The notes beneath the pieces are model-generated. The model was not told where the DNA came from. It did no database searches and saw only the letters and a list, made by a program, of their open reading frames with translations. DNA of 64,000 bases from Yuukianura sp. NJ FZ-2021 (taxonomy: Eukaryota), in NCBI GenBank assembly GCA_046563655.1, contig CM102290.1, forward strand, positions 11,098,001 through 11,162,000, given 5' to 3'. This document shows positions 23,413-38,400 of this stretch, one piece after another (the stretch's first letter is position 1; every line of letters starts with the position of its first letter). Both the position numbers and the translations under genes were made by a program.

Positions 23413-25074
23413 TTCGAACTTTGTAAGATCAAAAGTTTATTTTTATTTGCAATTAAAGTTTCCCGCTGTTTCTTCCAAAATTAAAATTTTGAATGTCTTA
23501 AAATTCAATTACACCCGGGCAGTAATCCATTTTTTTCTTCGAGTAACGTTTAACAAGTCTTCCACAGATCAGGAAAGTGAAAGTTTAACAAGTCTTCCTG
23601 GAAAGTAAAACTTGTTCGAAGTCGACATTAGTTTTTCAATTCTTCCGCTTTTTACAAAAAAAAAATCACTTTTTGAAAATGACTTTCGATGACACTGAAT
23701 TGGTGTCTGCTGCTTCACTTCCGTTGCGTTTGTGGTTTCGTTTCCTTGAGGACATCCAGAACTTAAATTGCTATTTTCCACTTTACTTTTTTTTACTGCG
23801 TTGATGATTGTTTTCTGACGTCAACGTTTTTAGCCTTTTTCACCATAAACAAGTTTTTACTCTAGTAACTAAGGTAATGTTAATCCCCTGAAGTTAGGTT
23901 ATGTTCTGGGTAATTGTTTGTTGAAATGACTGAAATTGAAAATAGTAGGTTGAACTTCCTTATGAGGAATTAACTTGCACAAAAAAGCGCCGTTGCGTTG
24001 CAAGAATTGTCTAATTAATTCCTAAGGTTACCCCTATCCTTGCTCACCTTCAAAGATGATTATTATAGCACACCTTGATTTTTAGTTTTTAGTAACTGTA
24101 GTGCACCTAAGGTGACTTTACGACTGGAAATTACACGCTAAGACGCAGAAATACAATGGACTTCTTTCCTATTGTTTCTTTTTTCTCAGGAATGAAATAG
24201 CAAATGAACGATTTCCGAGAAAGACAATATTTACTTCAGAAAGACGAAAATTTCTTAATGAATTTTCTAGGGAAATTTAGGAAGAATTTGACACTTGAAC
24301 CCACAAAAACAATTATTTCTGCAAACATTTACGTCTGAAATTAATTAAGTCATTTGGATTCACGTGAAGTGTTGCTAAAACGTGCCGATTTTCACATCGT
24401 GTAATTTCCAAAGTTTTGTAATTTCCAATGTATAAAATTGTTTGGTAATGAAACCATTTCGGTGGAATGATCAGTTAACGATAATAATTAACATGTGAAA
24501 TTCACTTTAATTACCACTGTTTAGATAGTTATGAATTTAAAATTGTATGTCAAAAGTGAATTTAAAATTCCATAAAACTTGCTATTGTTCTTGATATTTA
24601 ACCTCAGTCGTCTCAATGTGGTCGTAACAAAAGTTTGCAAAATATTCGCGCGCAAGAAAGAGGGAAAGTTATTTTGGATTTTGTTATCTTTTTGTTGAAA
24701 TTTTACTTTGTCAGCAATAGGCAGTTATTGTGGTTCTTTCTTCGTTGATTCACTTGACCTCACTTGACCTTTGCGGAATTTGAAGCGACAAATTCCGGAT
24801 TCCTGAAGGACGGCTGTAGTGTGACCTTGCAGTATCGTCTACGCTTGGTGGTGCTAAAAAGGTTTGTTGCATTACGGTCAAAGTAAACATTTTATATTTT
24901 TGTTCCATAAATTGGACTTGAATTGCACTGATTTACTTGTTTCGTTTTGAGTTATTAAGGTAATTGCGATAGACAAGACGATTAGCATGTCGTCCAAAAC
25001 ATCTTCGTTGGCCCCACCATGTACGCTGCAATAGCCTAATAATAATGTTATGCTTATTATTGTTGTTCAGGATA

Positions 25075-26001
25075 ATGGCTGCTGGTTCTATGACACCTCC
25101 AATTCTGTCTTCTGAAGATGAAGACGATGGCGGACCTGGTGGACAAACTGTCATGGTGGAGATGGAGGTGACAACTGAGGACGTCGTCGTTCAGATGACG
25201 AAGGTAAATACAGGAATTTTTAGAAAATGAAAGAGTCTTTACTGAATTCTGTACTGAATAACTCAAAGTTCTGTTTATGTCTAGGCTTGGCAGGATGAAA
25301 AGTTAGCCCCTGAACTACTGGAACCACTGGAGGATGAAGTAGAGATTCTTCGAGACGAACTGGCAGTGATGGAAGCCAGACTAAGAAAGTTACACCCAAC
25401 AGACATGAGACTTTCCATTCATCGTATGGAGGTGAAACGACTTCGCTACATCCTTACAGCCTACCTTCGTACTCGGCTGTTGAAGATTCAGGAATATGCG
25501 TGGCACTATGTCAATGAAATACAACATCAAGGTCGTTCCAGATATCCGCAGATGATGAAGAGTGAAATGTTATTTCTAAAGGAGTAAGTTCAAATTCATT
25601 TTTGGTCATCACTTTGCATAAAGTTGACTAATCTCGCTTTGTTTCACCAGGTATGTCGACAATTTGGACGGATTTCTCCAAGACGTAGTTTTGAGCCACA
25701 TGCCTGAGAAGCTACAGACTTTTGATGAGAGGACTCGGCCACTGCTCCGGAAGGCTCCGAATCTGCATCGGTTTGTCTTCGTTCGTTCCAATGTAGATAC
25801 TGAACTGCACTTTAAAGACGCCAACAACGAGTAAGTCCGGACTTTCATTTTTACTTATAAATTAAATTGCAATTGACTTTGTTTTATTTCATCTGTTTTT
25901 ATAGAAAAGAAAGTGTCCAGTTTACTGTAGGAAGCCAACATTTTATGCCTTACAAGCCTTTACAGCCTTACATCAAGAGTGGTGCCGTGACTCTCTTGTA
26001 A
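25075..26001 (+). CDS. GINS4: GINS complex subunit 4 (SLD5), four coding exons
   Basis: AWQDEKLAPELLE...IHRMEVKRLRYILTAYLRTRLLKIQEY, PNLHRFVFVR, GSQHFMPYKPLQPYIKSGAVTLL*; GT-AG introns. Confidence 0.93.
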
Positions 26002-26489
26002 TAGTCAGTTTTTGCCAAAAACAAACTTTTTTTTCCCAGTTTTTCAACTTTTTTAAGCATCAAAGTTTTGCAAAAGAATCTCCTGACTTTTCTGGATAAG
26101 GATATCTTTTATGATTTAAAAAGTAAAAAATAGCCCGTTCGTATTTACCAACTTGCTAAATTATTTGACAGTTCCTTTATTTACAGAAGAGAGAAGACAA
26201 TTGAAATTTTTGAAATGTTAAACTTAATTTACAAGTTCATTTTCCAAAATTAGTAACTATGAGAAGTGAGTCTTTGGCAGAGATACAACAGGGAAGCAAA
26301 GAGCCCCACCCAAGAATCAGAGACTTAAGCCTCTTCATAAGTAACTACAAACCAACTAATTGACAAGGCGGCTCTCTCCTCGTGTTTAGAAAATTAACAT
26401 GCCCAATATACAGGATTCTCAGGCAAGTGAGCCAATTGGAATACAAATTGCTTAATTTTAATTTATAATTTTTTAATTTTGTTGTTTTT

Positions 26490-26814
26490 TTAGTAGTGGT
26501 GCATTTGGGAAAAGGTCTTCTTGTCCTGGAAAACTGGTCCCCAAGAACCATAACGACTGTCCTTCTTGTCCATGTCACCTCGCTTGAGCGACTCGAAGCC
26601 GGCTTTCCTAAACAACATTTCGACACAAAATTAGTTGATCCATTCATCTATTTTTTGTTTTCCTTTGCTTTCCAGTTTTCCAGCATAACATGGAAATGTT
26701 TGACAGCAAAGGTCATGTCTAAGGTCATTGGATTTACCTTGCTGCTGGATCACAAGTCCTGCCGCTCATGCCGTTGTGGCTCATCAGGCTAGTTTCCTTT
26801 TCTCCCTGAACCAT
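26490..26814 (-). CDS. Two-exon 64-aa microprotein of unknown family (exons 26814-26738, 26607-26490); not in the ORF track
   Basis: Start context caaaATGG; donor AG|gtaaat (26737) and acceptor tgtttag|G (26608) are both phase 2; product MVQGEKETSLMSHNGMSGRTCDPAARKAGFESLKRGDMDKKDSRYGSWGPVFQDKKTFSQMHHY*. The exons are GC-richer than their flanks; minus-strand AATAAA at 26176-26181. Confidence 0.75.
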
Positions 26815-29088
26815 TTTGATTGTTTTTGGTAGTGAAGTTGCTTTGACTTAAAAAATGAACTTGGTTTGTGTCAGTTAATTTTAGGAATAACTGAGCGCTG
26901 TGTCAATCGGAGACTTCAAGGGACGTGCTGAATGTAGTTGTGAACACAGAGTTCAAGGGTATTTCCTGAGTTGGCTTGGCGGGATCCCTTTTTTGTCCCA
27001 AGATTCTTGTTGAGTCTATTAAGGATGAAAGTAAGTAGAAAAACAAGTTTTTTTTTAATTCATCGATTCCATTAAAACTCATTTCCATACTTGAATTTTG
27101 TTGTTTTTGCAGCATCTGAAGCTAAGTAAGCAAGCTCAACCATTCCGCCAGTTCGTGGTTGGCCAAAGGTCATTTTGAAGTGCTTAGCAACTTAAGCTGA
27201 AGGAATAAATTGATGTCGAACACTCAAATGTTCTACGCAGCTTCAAGAATGACACTTTGTACACCGAAAAATTGAGCTTACCAAGCCCTTCACCAGGATG
27301 AAACTCAAGCGCTATGATAATATTTAAGCGCAGCGTTCGTAAATTACGTCAGTCAATCAAGAATCAGGGCATGTTATTGCGGAAGTGCCTTCTACGTTAC
27401 CCGTAAACGTAATTTGTGAACTCATCTTTCAAAATTTTGGTAATCGCTTAAGCGTCAAAGCTAATTTTTGAAAATTTGAATTTCAGGAAGAGTTACCTGA
27501 TGTTAATGAAGAGACGGTAGGATTCTTGAACGTTAAACTGAGCCCTTCTCATGGACACATGCTAAGTAGTACGACTTGAAGGAAAAGAATTAATTGCTCC
27601 TTTGAAGTAGAGGAGAGTACTTCTGTGCTGTTCCTATGCAGGAGTGTTGTTGACTTCCAAGAAGAAAATGGCGATTGTAAGAAGATGATGTTGGGCGGTT
27701 GAGTTTGAAACTTGAATTGGTTGCTGTTGGACGTCTCAGCCTCTTTCTTATATCCAAGTGGACGCTTTGGAAGAAGTCATCTTCAAAAACGAGTTTGATT
27801 TCACGTGTCTCAGGCATGTTTGTTTGCGCAATTCCTTTTTCTGTACATGATCTGTACAGATGGATGTACAGAAGGATGTACAGAAGGATGGTTCCTTGGA
27901 AACGAGTTCTTGACGTCGTTCGATCAGCGAATCACAGCACCCAGCGCTATAAAAAAGATAGGTTGGGTGGGTGGTGTGGCCAAGCAAGCCGGTTTGGCCG
28001 ACACCCACTGCTGCCCTAGCTTGTCCAGAACCAGAAAGTGCTTAAACGTCACCCGAGTCATCATTCTTGGAAAACTTACGTCAATTTCTGATGAAAACCA
28101 TGTTTCTCCAGAAAATGTTTCTAGTTATATGACAAACAATAACAAAAACATAAATACTGTTTTATGAGCCAAGTTCAGATGAAGTCATCATCACTAATCC
28201 TTAGCTAACTGTGAACATTTTTTTTTGTGAGAGTTAAGCTTTAGTTTCAAAGGAAACTTCCATGACCTTTGATTCCTTTCCATGGAAGTGAACTGGGATC
28301 TTCCAAAATCTGCCGACTTGCATAATACTCGACATTAACTTTTTAAACAAGTCAAGTGACACAAATGATCAGCAGAAATTACACAGAAACGCCGTTGACG
28401 TCTGCTAAGGTCAAAGGTCACGTGTAACGGGTCCATGTCACCAACTCGCTTTAACATTTGTATTTATTTAACATGATAACCAGGAAGCGTCCTTTCAGCT
28501 CTTCTGTTTTATGTTATGAAATATCCTGACTGATATGCGGACTAAAACTGGAGGAGCGTGTTTTTAACAATGAAAATCTCTAAACTAATTTTAATTAGTT
28601 TAGTTACTAATTTAATTAAGTTTAGGGATTAATAATAGCATAGCTTAAGATGAGGCCTAAAGGCTTGGTTTTCCTCTATTTTCAAAAAATTTATGATTCA
28701 TGTCAATGGCCTGGATGCTACAAAATGGAAGAGGGAAAAGATGGAGAATTTGATTTAAATTTTCAGTAATTAGATGAGAATTTGCTAATTTTTTTAAATG
28801 ATGGAAGTGTTAATTAGTTCGATAGTAGTGTGCGGTAAGTAATTAAATTATGAGGCGTGGGATTTGACACCACCCAGCTACTCTCCCGGGTAGTGGGTCG
28901 TAAAAAGTGCAAAAAACACCACTCCCATCCTCTCCCCACAATCGAAAAAAAAGAAACAAAAGAAAAGTAGACGGAGAAAGTTGAAGAGCTCTCAGGAAAA
29001 TCAAAGAAAAGGTGTAAACGAGTAAAGGTCTGAGGCTGGTTGTCCAATTAATTGATCAAGGGCGACGTCGGGTCAAATGTCATAAAGA

Positions 29089-32000
29089 ATGATCTGGACA
29101 GGGCTATTCGCCCTTTTATTCGTCGTTGTCCCGTCACTGATCAATGGAAAATCCAGACACAGTAGATCAGGTAACACTAATTAAATCTTTCATTTTTTGT
29201 CTTTCTTGATGTGGTCGGCTCGGCATGTTCGTAATTTCGATATCTATTGGCATATGATTAGTCGGTGCAAGTTGATACTGATTGTAACTGTAATCCGTTA
29301 TTTGTGGTTTCTAGATGCAGCTCAGGTCACTCTGACCCGACCTCCGCATGGACTACGAGTTGACAGGACACAGGAACGAGCAATTGATCTCAGCTGGGTA
29401 GAATCGAATCCTCCAGGTAGTGTTCAAGGATACTACGTCTATTGCCAATCGTCAACTTCACATGGAAATGGAACTGTCATACTGTCGGAGCCACAGACGA
29501 AGATTAGGTTGTCAGATCTTGGTAAGAACGATTATATAACTCCTGTGACTAATTACTGATAAATGATTCATCATAAACTGTTTCTAGAACCGGCGACAAC
29601 CTATCGTATCTGGGTAAATGGCTACCAACTTAGAAGTGACAAGTCTAAATTGTTGGGGCCTCCATCAGAAACGATTGAAGTTACCACCATGGAAGCTGCT
29701 TTAAAGTCACCAGAGGTTGTGAACCTTAGTTGTGTCCCTCCAGATGAACTCCTCATTGAATGGACTGCTGACATTCGTCCGGATCTTTACTTTATTCTTC
29801 GGTATCGTACGGGAAATGTCTCTTCCTATAATCAAGTAAAGCTCAATCCATCTCCCCACGACTGGAACCAAAAGGTGAGTTATAATCGAATGGTTATTGA
29901 TATGGTTCGAATAAGTATAATTAAAAAATTGTCCTTCTTTGTGTAGCATTTCCTAAAGAACCAGATTCTGGAAGGATGGTTCGAAATTGGATTACGCTCG
30001 GTTAGAAACGAGGATATTCCAGCATGGGGAGGGCGGAGAGAGTCAGATTGGTCAGATCCGAGAACAGTCTACTGTAACAATGGTGGAGCCAAGGCAGCTG
30101 AGTCAGTCGACAATTCTAATCCAACTGTTCCTTCCCTACTTGTTCCTATACTTCTGGTAGCTGGTACCACAGCTCTTCTTTTGTGCTTCCTTGTTGGTCT
30201 CTTTCTCTGGAGGTGAGTATCTCTAGTAATTTACTCAACGGATAAACTTGAGTCTGCAAATTCGTAGTAATTGATCGTTTCATTTGATTGATTTTTAGGA
30301 AGTTTTATTCTGGTTCCTATTACTACTTGGACAATCCATCAGTGGGGATAGGTTCTCAAGGTGCCGGGGGATGGGAAGGAGATGACTCCACTCGGGCAGC
30401 TGTAGAGATTCATCTCTTTCCAAATCACGTCGCTGAGCTTCATCGTGACGGAGACATTGGATTTTCGAAGGAATATGAAGCAATTACTGGAGTAGAAGAA
30501 GACTTTTCTTCCATTCACTCCTCACATCCTGACAACAAGCTCAAAAATCGTTACCTCAACATTTTAGCATGTAATTCACTTTACTCTATTTTTTTAGCTT
30601 GTCTATTTCAATAAGTCGTTTCTACCTTGTTCTCCAGATGACCATACGCGAGTACGCTTAGAATGCAATGGAACTCCCAAGAAGAGCAATGATTATGTCA
30701 ATGGAAACTACATTGACGGATTTGAACGACCGAAGGCTTACATTGGTACACAAGGACCACTTCCAAGTACTTTCGAAGCCTTTTGGCAATTGGTTTGGGA
30801 AAATCGAGTCGCCATCATCATCATGATCACTAACTTAACAGAACGCGGAAGGGTAAGACCGGGAGTAAACTTTTGCTTCAACAGTAGTGGAAAACCATGC
30901 TAAAACTTTGGACAATTACAGAAAAAGTGTGATCAGTACTGGCCGGGGCTTGACATTGTCGAAACCTATGGACTTATTCAAGTTCGCCTTGTCAAGGAGC
31001 AGACAATGGCCACCTACGTGCTACGAACTTTTTCGCTAAAGCATCTCAAGGTACGTACATTACATATTCAAATTGGTTTCAGTCTGAGATCGTTTTCACA
31101 AGTGCGAAGAGTGGTTTAATTATTTTGATTTCAAAAATAGTTCTGTGCTTACTTTGATTTGAAATTTTGCAGTCAAAAAAACGTCTTAACTGCGATGAGA
31201 GACTAGTCTGGCAGTACCACTACACAGTTTGGCCTGACCATGGCACACCGTCACATCCGCTTCCGGTCCTTAGCTTTGTTCGTAAATCTTCGGCTGCCAA
31301 TCCACCCGATGGGGGGCCAATTATCGTCCACTGCAGGTAAATCCACTTATTAGACCAACTGAGCAGCTGATCAGAGCAAAAGAACTTTATAAGCTTATAA
31401 ATTCTTGTTAAATTCATTTCCAGTGCCGGCGTTGGTCGAACAGGGACGTATATTGTGTTGGATGCTATGCTACGTCAGATTGCCAAACGAAGGGATCTCA
31501 ATATTTTTGGTTTTCTACGTCACATTCGACGACAAAGAAACTTCCTCGTTCAGACAGAAGAGCAATACATCTTTTGCCACGACGTTTTGCTAGAAGCTAT
31601 TCAAAGGTTAGTATAGCATTTCAAACGATTCTTGAAAATCAACATCTCATTCATAAATAATATTAACAATTCGCTTATGAAATGTTGTAGTGGTGATACA
31701 AATGTAAGCCTCAGTCGTCTTCCAAACTATTTGAAGAGTCTCCAGGAAAAGACGTACATCAGAGAAAATGGATCCATCATCAGCTGGTTCGAGCGTCAAT
31801 ATGAGGTAAATAACAGCAAGACTTTAAATTGCCAAATTAGCTGGAATTACAGCTACAGGAATGCAGAAGAAGTTATGGAAATGTGTTTTTAAACTTTTAG
31901 CTTGTAACTGGGACGGACCCGAAGAATCATTTCTTCCTCGTCGCTGACAAGAAGTGTAACATCCCTAAGAACCGTCCAGGGGCGTTGAAACCTACTGACA

Positions 32001-33390
32001 GTTCTCGGGTTCTTCTGATTCCGAAACCCGGCGTGGATGGATCCGACTACATCAATGCATCTTTTCTATCTGGTATGGAAGTTTTATAAACATTTTGAAC
32101 AGATTAAGTTTAAACTGTTTCAACAATAATATTTCTTTCTCGTGCAGGTTTCTACAGAATTCGGGAGTTCATTCTCACTCCACATCCAATGGAAGCTACA
32201 CTGAACCACTTCTGGCAAATGCTGTGTGACCATAACATTTCTACTGTCGTTCTCCTCTCTCTAGTCGATGACGCCGAATTTGAATCCTTTTGGCCAGAGC
32301 CAGAGGCTGACTTGAATTTGGATGGGCTCGTGATCAAACATATTAGCGGATCTGATCGTGTTGGAATTGCTACTCGTTCGTTTGCTATCATCCAGGAGGA
32401 TGACGATGAACTGCATGTTGAAATCATTCAATCATCCTCTTGGCCAAGACACTCGTCCACTCCAACAGATCTATTTGAGCTTATTCAGTATGTTCAAGAG
32501 TCAGTGTCTGAGTCCACTTCGGCAGGTCCAATTGTCGTAGTTGACAGGTGAGTTAGCGAATCCGTGAATTTCAATTAATTAAATGTAGCAACTATTGAGA
32601 TCGCTTTTTGCTTTTCAGGTTTGGTGGAACAGAAGGTGCCACATTTTGTGCTCTAACAACAGTTTGTAACCAGCTAGATGCCGAGAGTCATTTAGACATT
32701 TACTTGTACGCCAAGTTGTACCATGATCAGCGTCCAGGCATTTGGCCCTGCTTTGTAAGCCATACAACAATATAACAGATCAGATTCATGTACAATTTGT
32801 ACAAACAAACTTATTATACATTAACGTCCTTATCTATTCCTGCTGCATAGGAGGACTATGCTTTCCTATATGAAAGTATTGATGGACTCACCAAGGGACG
32901 GCGAAATAGTCAACCCCACCAATTGAACGGACCGCTGCCACCGTCTCCCATGGCTCCACTCGCAAGAGCTCCACCGATGCTTCCTCCACCTCCACCAAAG
33001 GCAGCTATTGAAGTCAAGGACAGTGAGTCTATTGGTCGCAGCTCTCCGGAACCAGTGGCAGTAATGTTCGGAAATGAAGTACAAGAGCTCAAGGCAGAAG
33101 AATGTGAATTAGTTACCAAAGGAATCAGCGCTGGTGAGCAACAGCCAATCCAGGCAGAGGAACCAGTGCAGAATGGCGTTCCTGAACATACGAAGTTCAA
33201 TCATTATGTTGATGATGTGGATGACGAAGGAGCGGAGTCAAATTCGGAGCTGATTCCGCACAATGGGAAAGGTGACGGCGGTGAAGATGACGAAGATGAT
33301 ATTCAGCTTGAAGATGAACCTGTGGCAAATGTCAAGGTCAAGAACAGCATCGAGGCTGAAGTGGAAGAGCCAGAAGCATCGGTGGATTAG
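29089..33390 (+). CDS. Ptp99A: Receptor-type protein tyrosine phosphatase, Ptp99A-like (signal peptide, 2 FN3, TM, tandem PTP domains)
   Basis: Signal exon 29089-29170 ([20 protein letters not shown]) splices phase 1 into FN3 exons; [27 protein letters not shown]; juxtamembrane SYYYLDNP; D1 [27 protein letters not shown]2 has Asp in place of the catalytic Cys ([14 protein letters not shown]); Pro/acidic tail; TAG at 33390. Confidence 0.92.
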
Positions 33391-34178
33391 GGAAAAGAAA
33401 TCTCGGTTGAATCCTTTTGTTAAACTAGAAGTCCATGGAAAGCTAACCTGTCAGCTACAAGACGCATCCACTACTATTTACTACCTAAACTTATTACGTT
33501 TTACCATTTAGAGTAAGTAATTTGTATTTAACTAATGATAGTGTTTTGAGAAGTTTGTTTTGCATTTTTTTTTCAATCTACTACTAACAAATCGTACCGG
33601 TAAGAATATGAAATGTAGGAACTTAGGTTTTAGAATGTTTTCAATTTCAAGAAAAATTGTCTGGAAAGTTCAAAGAAAAACTTCTCAAATCCTTCTGTGT
33701 CACTAAAACACTCTCTGGTTGTTGTCGTGAATCAATAAAAAGTATGAGACTGGAGTTTTGCATGCGCAAAAATACAAGAGTCCTAGCAAGAGTGTTTTGG
33801 TATAAATATTTTTTAATTATAAATAATAGTAATAATTATTACTTTACAATAATAATCTGTCCTTAAACAATTTTGTTGGTGTTGACCTCTATGAAAAACA
33901 GAATTAGTGTAGGAGGAGGTGAAGAGAAGAGAAATTGCGTTTCGATTTAACAGTGGATAGATAGAGATTAGTGTATTTGATTGAAAACTGATTGCAGTAA
34001 GATTCAGTAATTGCAGTTAGTAGTTGCATTAACTGATTCAGGATTTAGGTTAGCTTCAAATGAGTGTGTACATAAAGTGAACAGGTATTCAGTAGTTAGT
34101 AGTACAGTTGATTACTTCCCCGGGATGTATTTAGTATTTAGCGTGAAAGATGCGTTTTTTTTGGAGTGGAGGAGACTA

Positions 34179-35493
<1,315 letters not shown>

Positions 35494-38400
35494 CCTTATG
35501 AGTTGACTGCTTATGGACGGTGGACTCCTTGGTACGACTTCTAGCGACACAAAATCAGCTAACGAAGTGTTAATTGATTAATTGCGCAGAGATTATCGTT
35601 ACTGCTGTGTGGGACGACTGTACAGCCGTTGAAAGCTGGTAAGGTTGTGCGGCTGGAAGGACTAATGTGAAAGTGAAATGAGCCTTGGCTCAAATGACGT
35701 GTTTGAAATTGAAAGTCAATCTTTTGTCTACACTTGACATTCAAATATCGCGCTTCCACTCTCGCCTAACAGTACAACTTGACAATAGATGGCAGGAGGA
35801 AGTACACTCTTATGAAAACGACGCCAAAAAACGATTTCGAAATTTGAAAATTTCGACATTTTTCAGATTTTAGTTTTCGGGTGAAATTTTTTTAACACTT
35901 CCGGCAACGAGTGTCTGAGAATCTGCTGAAAATTATCATGAAGAATTGGGCACATTAAAAAAATCTTTCTAAAAAATATTCTTTTTTCTTGTTTTACGAA
36001 ATCGATAATTTAACAACTTCTGAATTTTGAAAGAATTGAAGTTTCAATTTCAACCAATAATACGCTTTAATTGCTCATCTTACAGTTGCTGTACACATAC
36101 AAACAAGTAGCATCAGCAAGAACTGGATAACGGAATGAGCAGGTCAAAGGTCAAACGTTGAGAATGAACATGATTTTTAAAAAAGCGATGCAAAAAAAAG
36201 TGTCCTAAAAATAACAAATTTTGGCAGTAGAATGAAAATGTTCGATTTGGTTTATGTTTTGGAGAAAGTGTATGCTTTCTAGACTCTCACTTTCTCCTGC
36301 ACAGTGCACTGCATATGGTAGGAATAGCATAGAGCGAATTGTAGTGACGAAGGATGAATTGGTTGCAGTGCGTCGTCTGGCAATGTACTAGTCGTACAAA
36401 ATTTCCACAAAAGTCCAATCTTTTGAATTAAAATTCATTTCGTCCAAAAAGAAATCGATCCGAACCTCCACTCTCGATTTCTAAATGCAAATCTAAAATT
36501 AATCTTAGCCTCTACTTGCATTGCAACCAACCTTATCTGCTATCCTCACTTTTCATTTTGTGTTTTCACAAAAAGAGTTTCTCTTAAAAGCTTTCCAAAA
36601 TAATAGGCTATCTCGATTCGAGCCAATTTTTCACAAAATGTTCAAAATGTTTTAAAAGCCAAACTTTTCAGAGGTAGACAAACTATAAAAGCACAATTTC
36701 CGAAATTTTGACAAAATGGTGTTAGTACTCAAATTGGTTTTTGGTGTTATTTTTTAAACGCCGTAACTGAAAGTAACTGCATCGCATCTATCTTTTTATC
36801 GAACTCTTTTCAAATCGTTGTAAAGGTTGTTCAAAAAGAATTTTTATTGTGAGCAGTTTTCTCCAGGTTTTTGGGAAAGAGAAAGTTTACATTTACAATT
36901 CAAAAACGAAACGAAAAAGTGAATTCCTAACTTCAAGTCACAAAGTCAATATTTCAAAGTTTTTTCATCAAAATCGTAAAAATTTTCACATGACTAATTT
37001 CACACAAGAGGCAAACCGAAGACAATATTTTCACTCAAAACCTTTGGATACATTTTTTGGAAGTATTTTGAATGCTTTAGTAAGCGATTCATTTTTAAGT
37101 CACCAGAAATCAGAAAATGTTTAACCATGACCTTTGACCCGGACGAGCTTACCTATAGTTACTTATAATAAGCATCATCACATCAAGATGCAGTTGATTC
37201 GCGATGATTTTTAGGCAAAACCAAATTCAATCAGTGATATACATTATATTAAAAAGTTGATGAATTACATCAAATATTTCATATGATGTAAAAAAAAATT
37301 TGAACTTGCTTTCAGGCAAACAAACAGTCATCACATTGTGCATGTTGGCAATACGAAGATTCGTACCTAATAAAGTGAAGTAGTTTCAGAAAAATAGAAA
37401 TTGTAGAAAGTTTTCAAATAAAAAAATTCTCCAAATTTCAGGAAAAAATGTTGTTTTTGATTTGATTTTGATGCAGCTTGGGGTGGGAAAGTAGGAAGAG
37501 AGGCCTTAGGTCGCTTCTTGTTTTGAAGTTCCAGGCTCGTCAGGGGCGGTTGGAGAGCGGGTCTACGTTCTTCCTTGCCTCCGAACCCGGGATGACTACG
37601 TTGAAAACCTAAGGTCCCGAAATTCCATTGTTTCCCTCATCAAAGTGAAACTGAAGTCGCAAATGCAGGGGAAAAATTTTGGGGAGAAAAATTGTTTTTT
37701 TGTGTGCTTCTTTTTGCTACTTCCAAAAACCTTCCTTCTATTCTTTTTTGGATGGGAGAGGGAAGTGGAGAGACCTGGAGCAGTTCAGTTCCTTTGCAAC
37801 CCGACAGCCGGGAACAACGTCTTTCTGACCTCAACCACCCCTCCAGCACCACGACAACATTTGAGTCCCAGTGTCCAGTGCAGTGTCGTCCTTCCGACCC
37901 CTTAAGGGCCCCTTGTTGCTTGAGTCCACGTGGAATCTGCCTTCCTCCGCCGCTGACCCCTTGACCTGGAGACTATGACCCAAGGGACGGGGGATTCCGC
38001 CCAAGGACTCTGCACGTTCCCCCTCCTTCCCGTGCCACCAACTCCACCAGGTTAGAACACTCACTTCAAAATTACTTGGCACATTTTGATACCAGCTATT
38101 TCAAAAATTTCAATTTCAATTTTCTCAAATTTCGAAAAAAAATATTACAATGAGCACGAGTAGACAAGCGGTTTCAGTAAACCGCAAGTGGCTACTTTCT
38201 CCGGTATTCCAACTGCTTTCTCCTGCCTACCTAAAATTTTTCATCTCAGGTTTATGAAGATTATGTTAGGCTAAGTAAAGCATGCTACCACAGTTACATA
38301 CTGTAACATAACGTTAAGTTAGCCTAACTATAACTCAAACTAACTTTAACTTACTCTGACATTCTAGTTGAAGGTATGAAGTGCTACTATTATGTTGAAC

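Noticed and set aside
24645..24655. E2F-like TTCGCGCGCAA upstream of GINS4
   Set aside because: Plausible for a replication gene but a single degenerate match; not enough to call.
27590..28167. Overlapping ORFs with a 12-bp triple repeat (TGTACAGAWGGA) and a minus-strand GTAAGT donor at 28079
   Set aside because: I could not build a convincing start-to-stop model; it may be a non-coding exon or Ptp99A upstream sequence.
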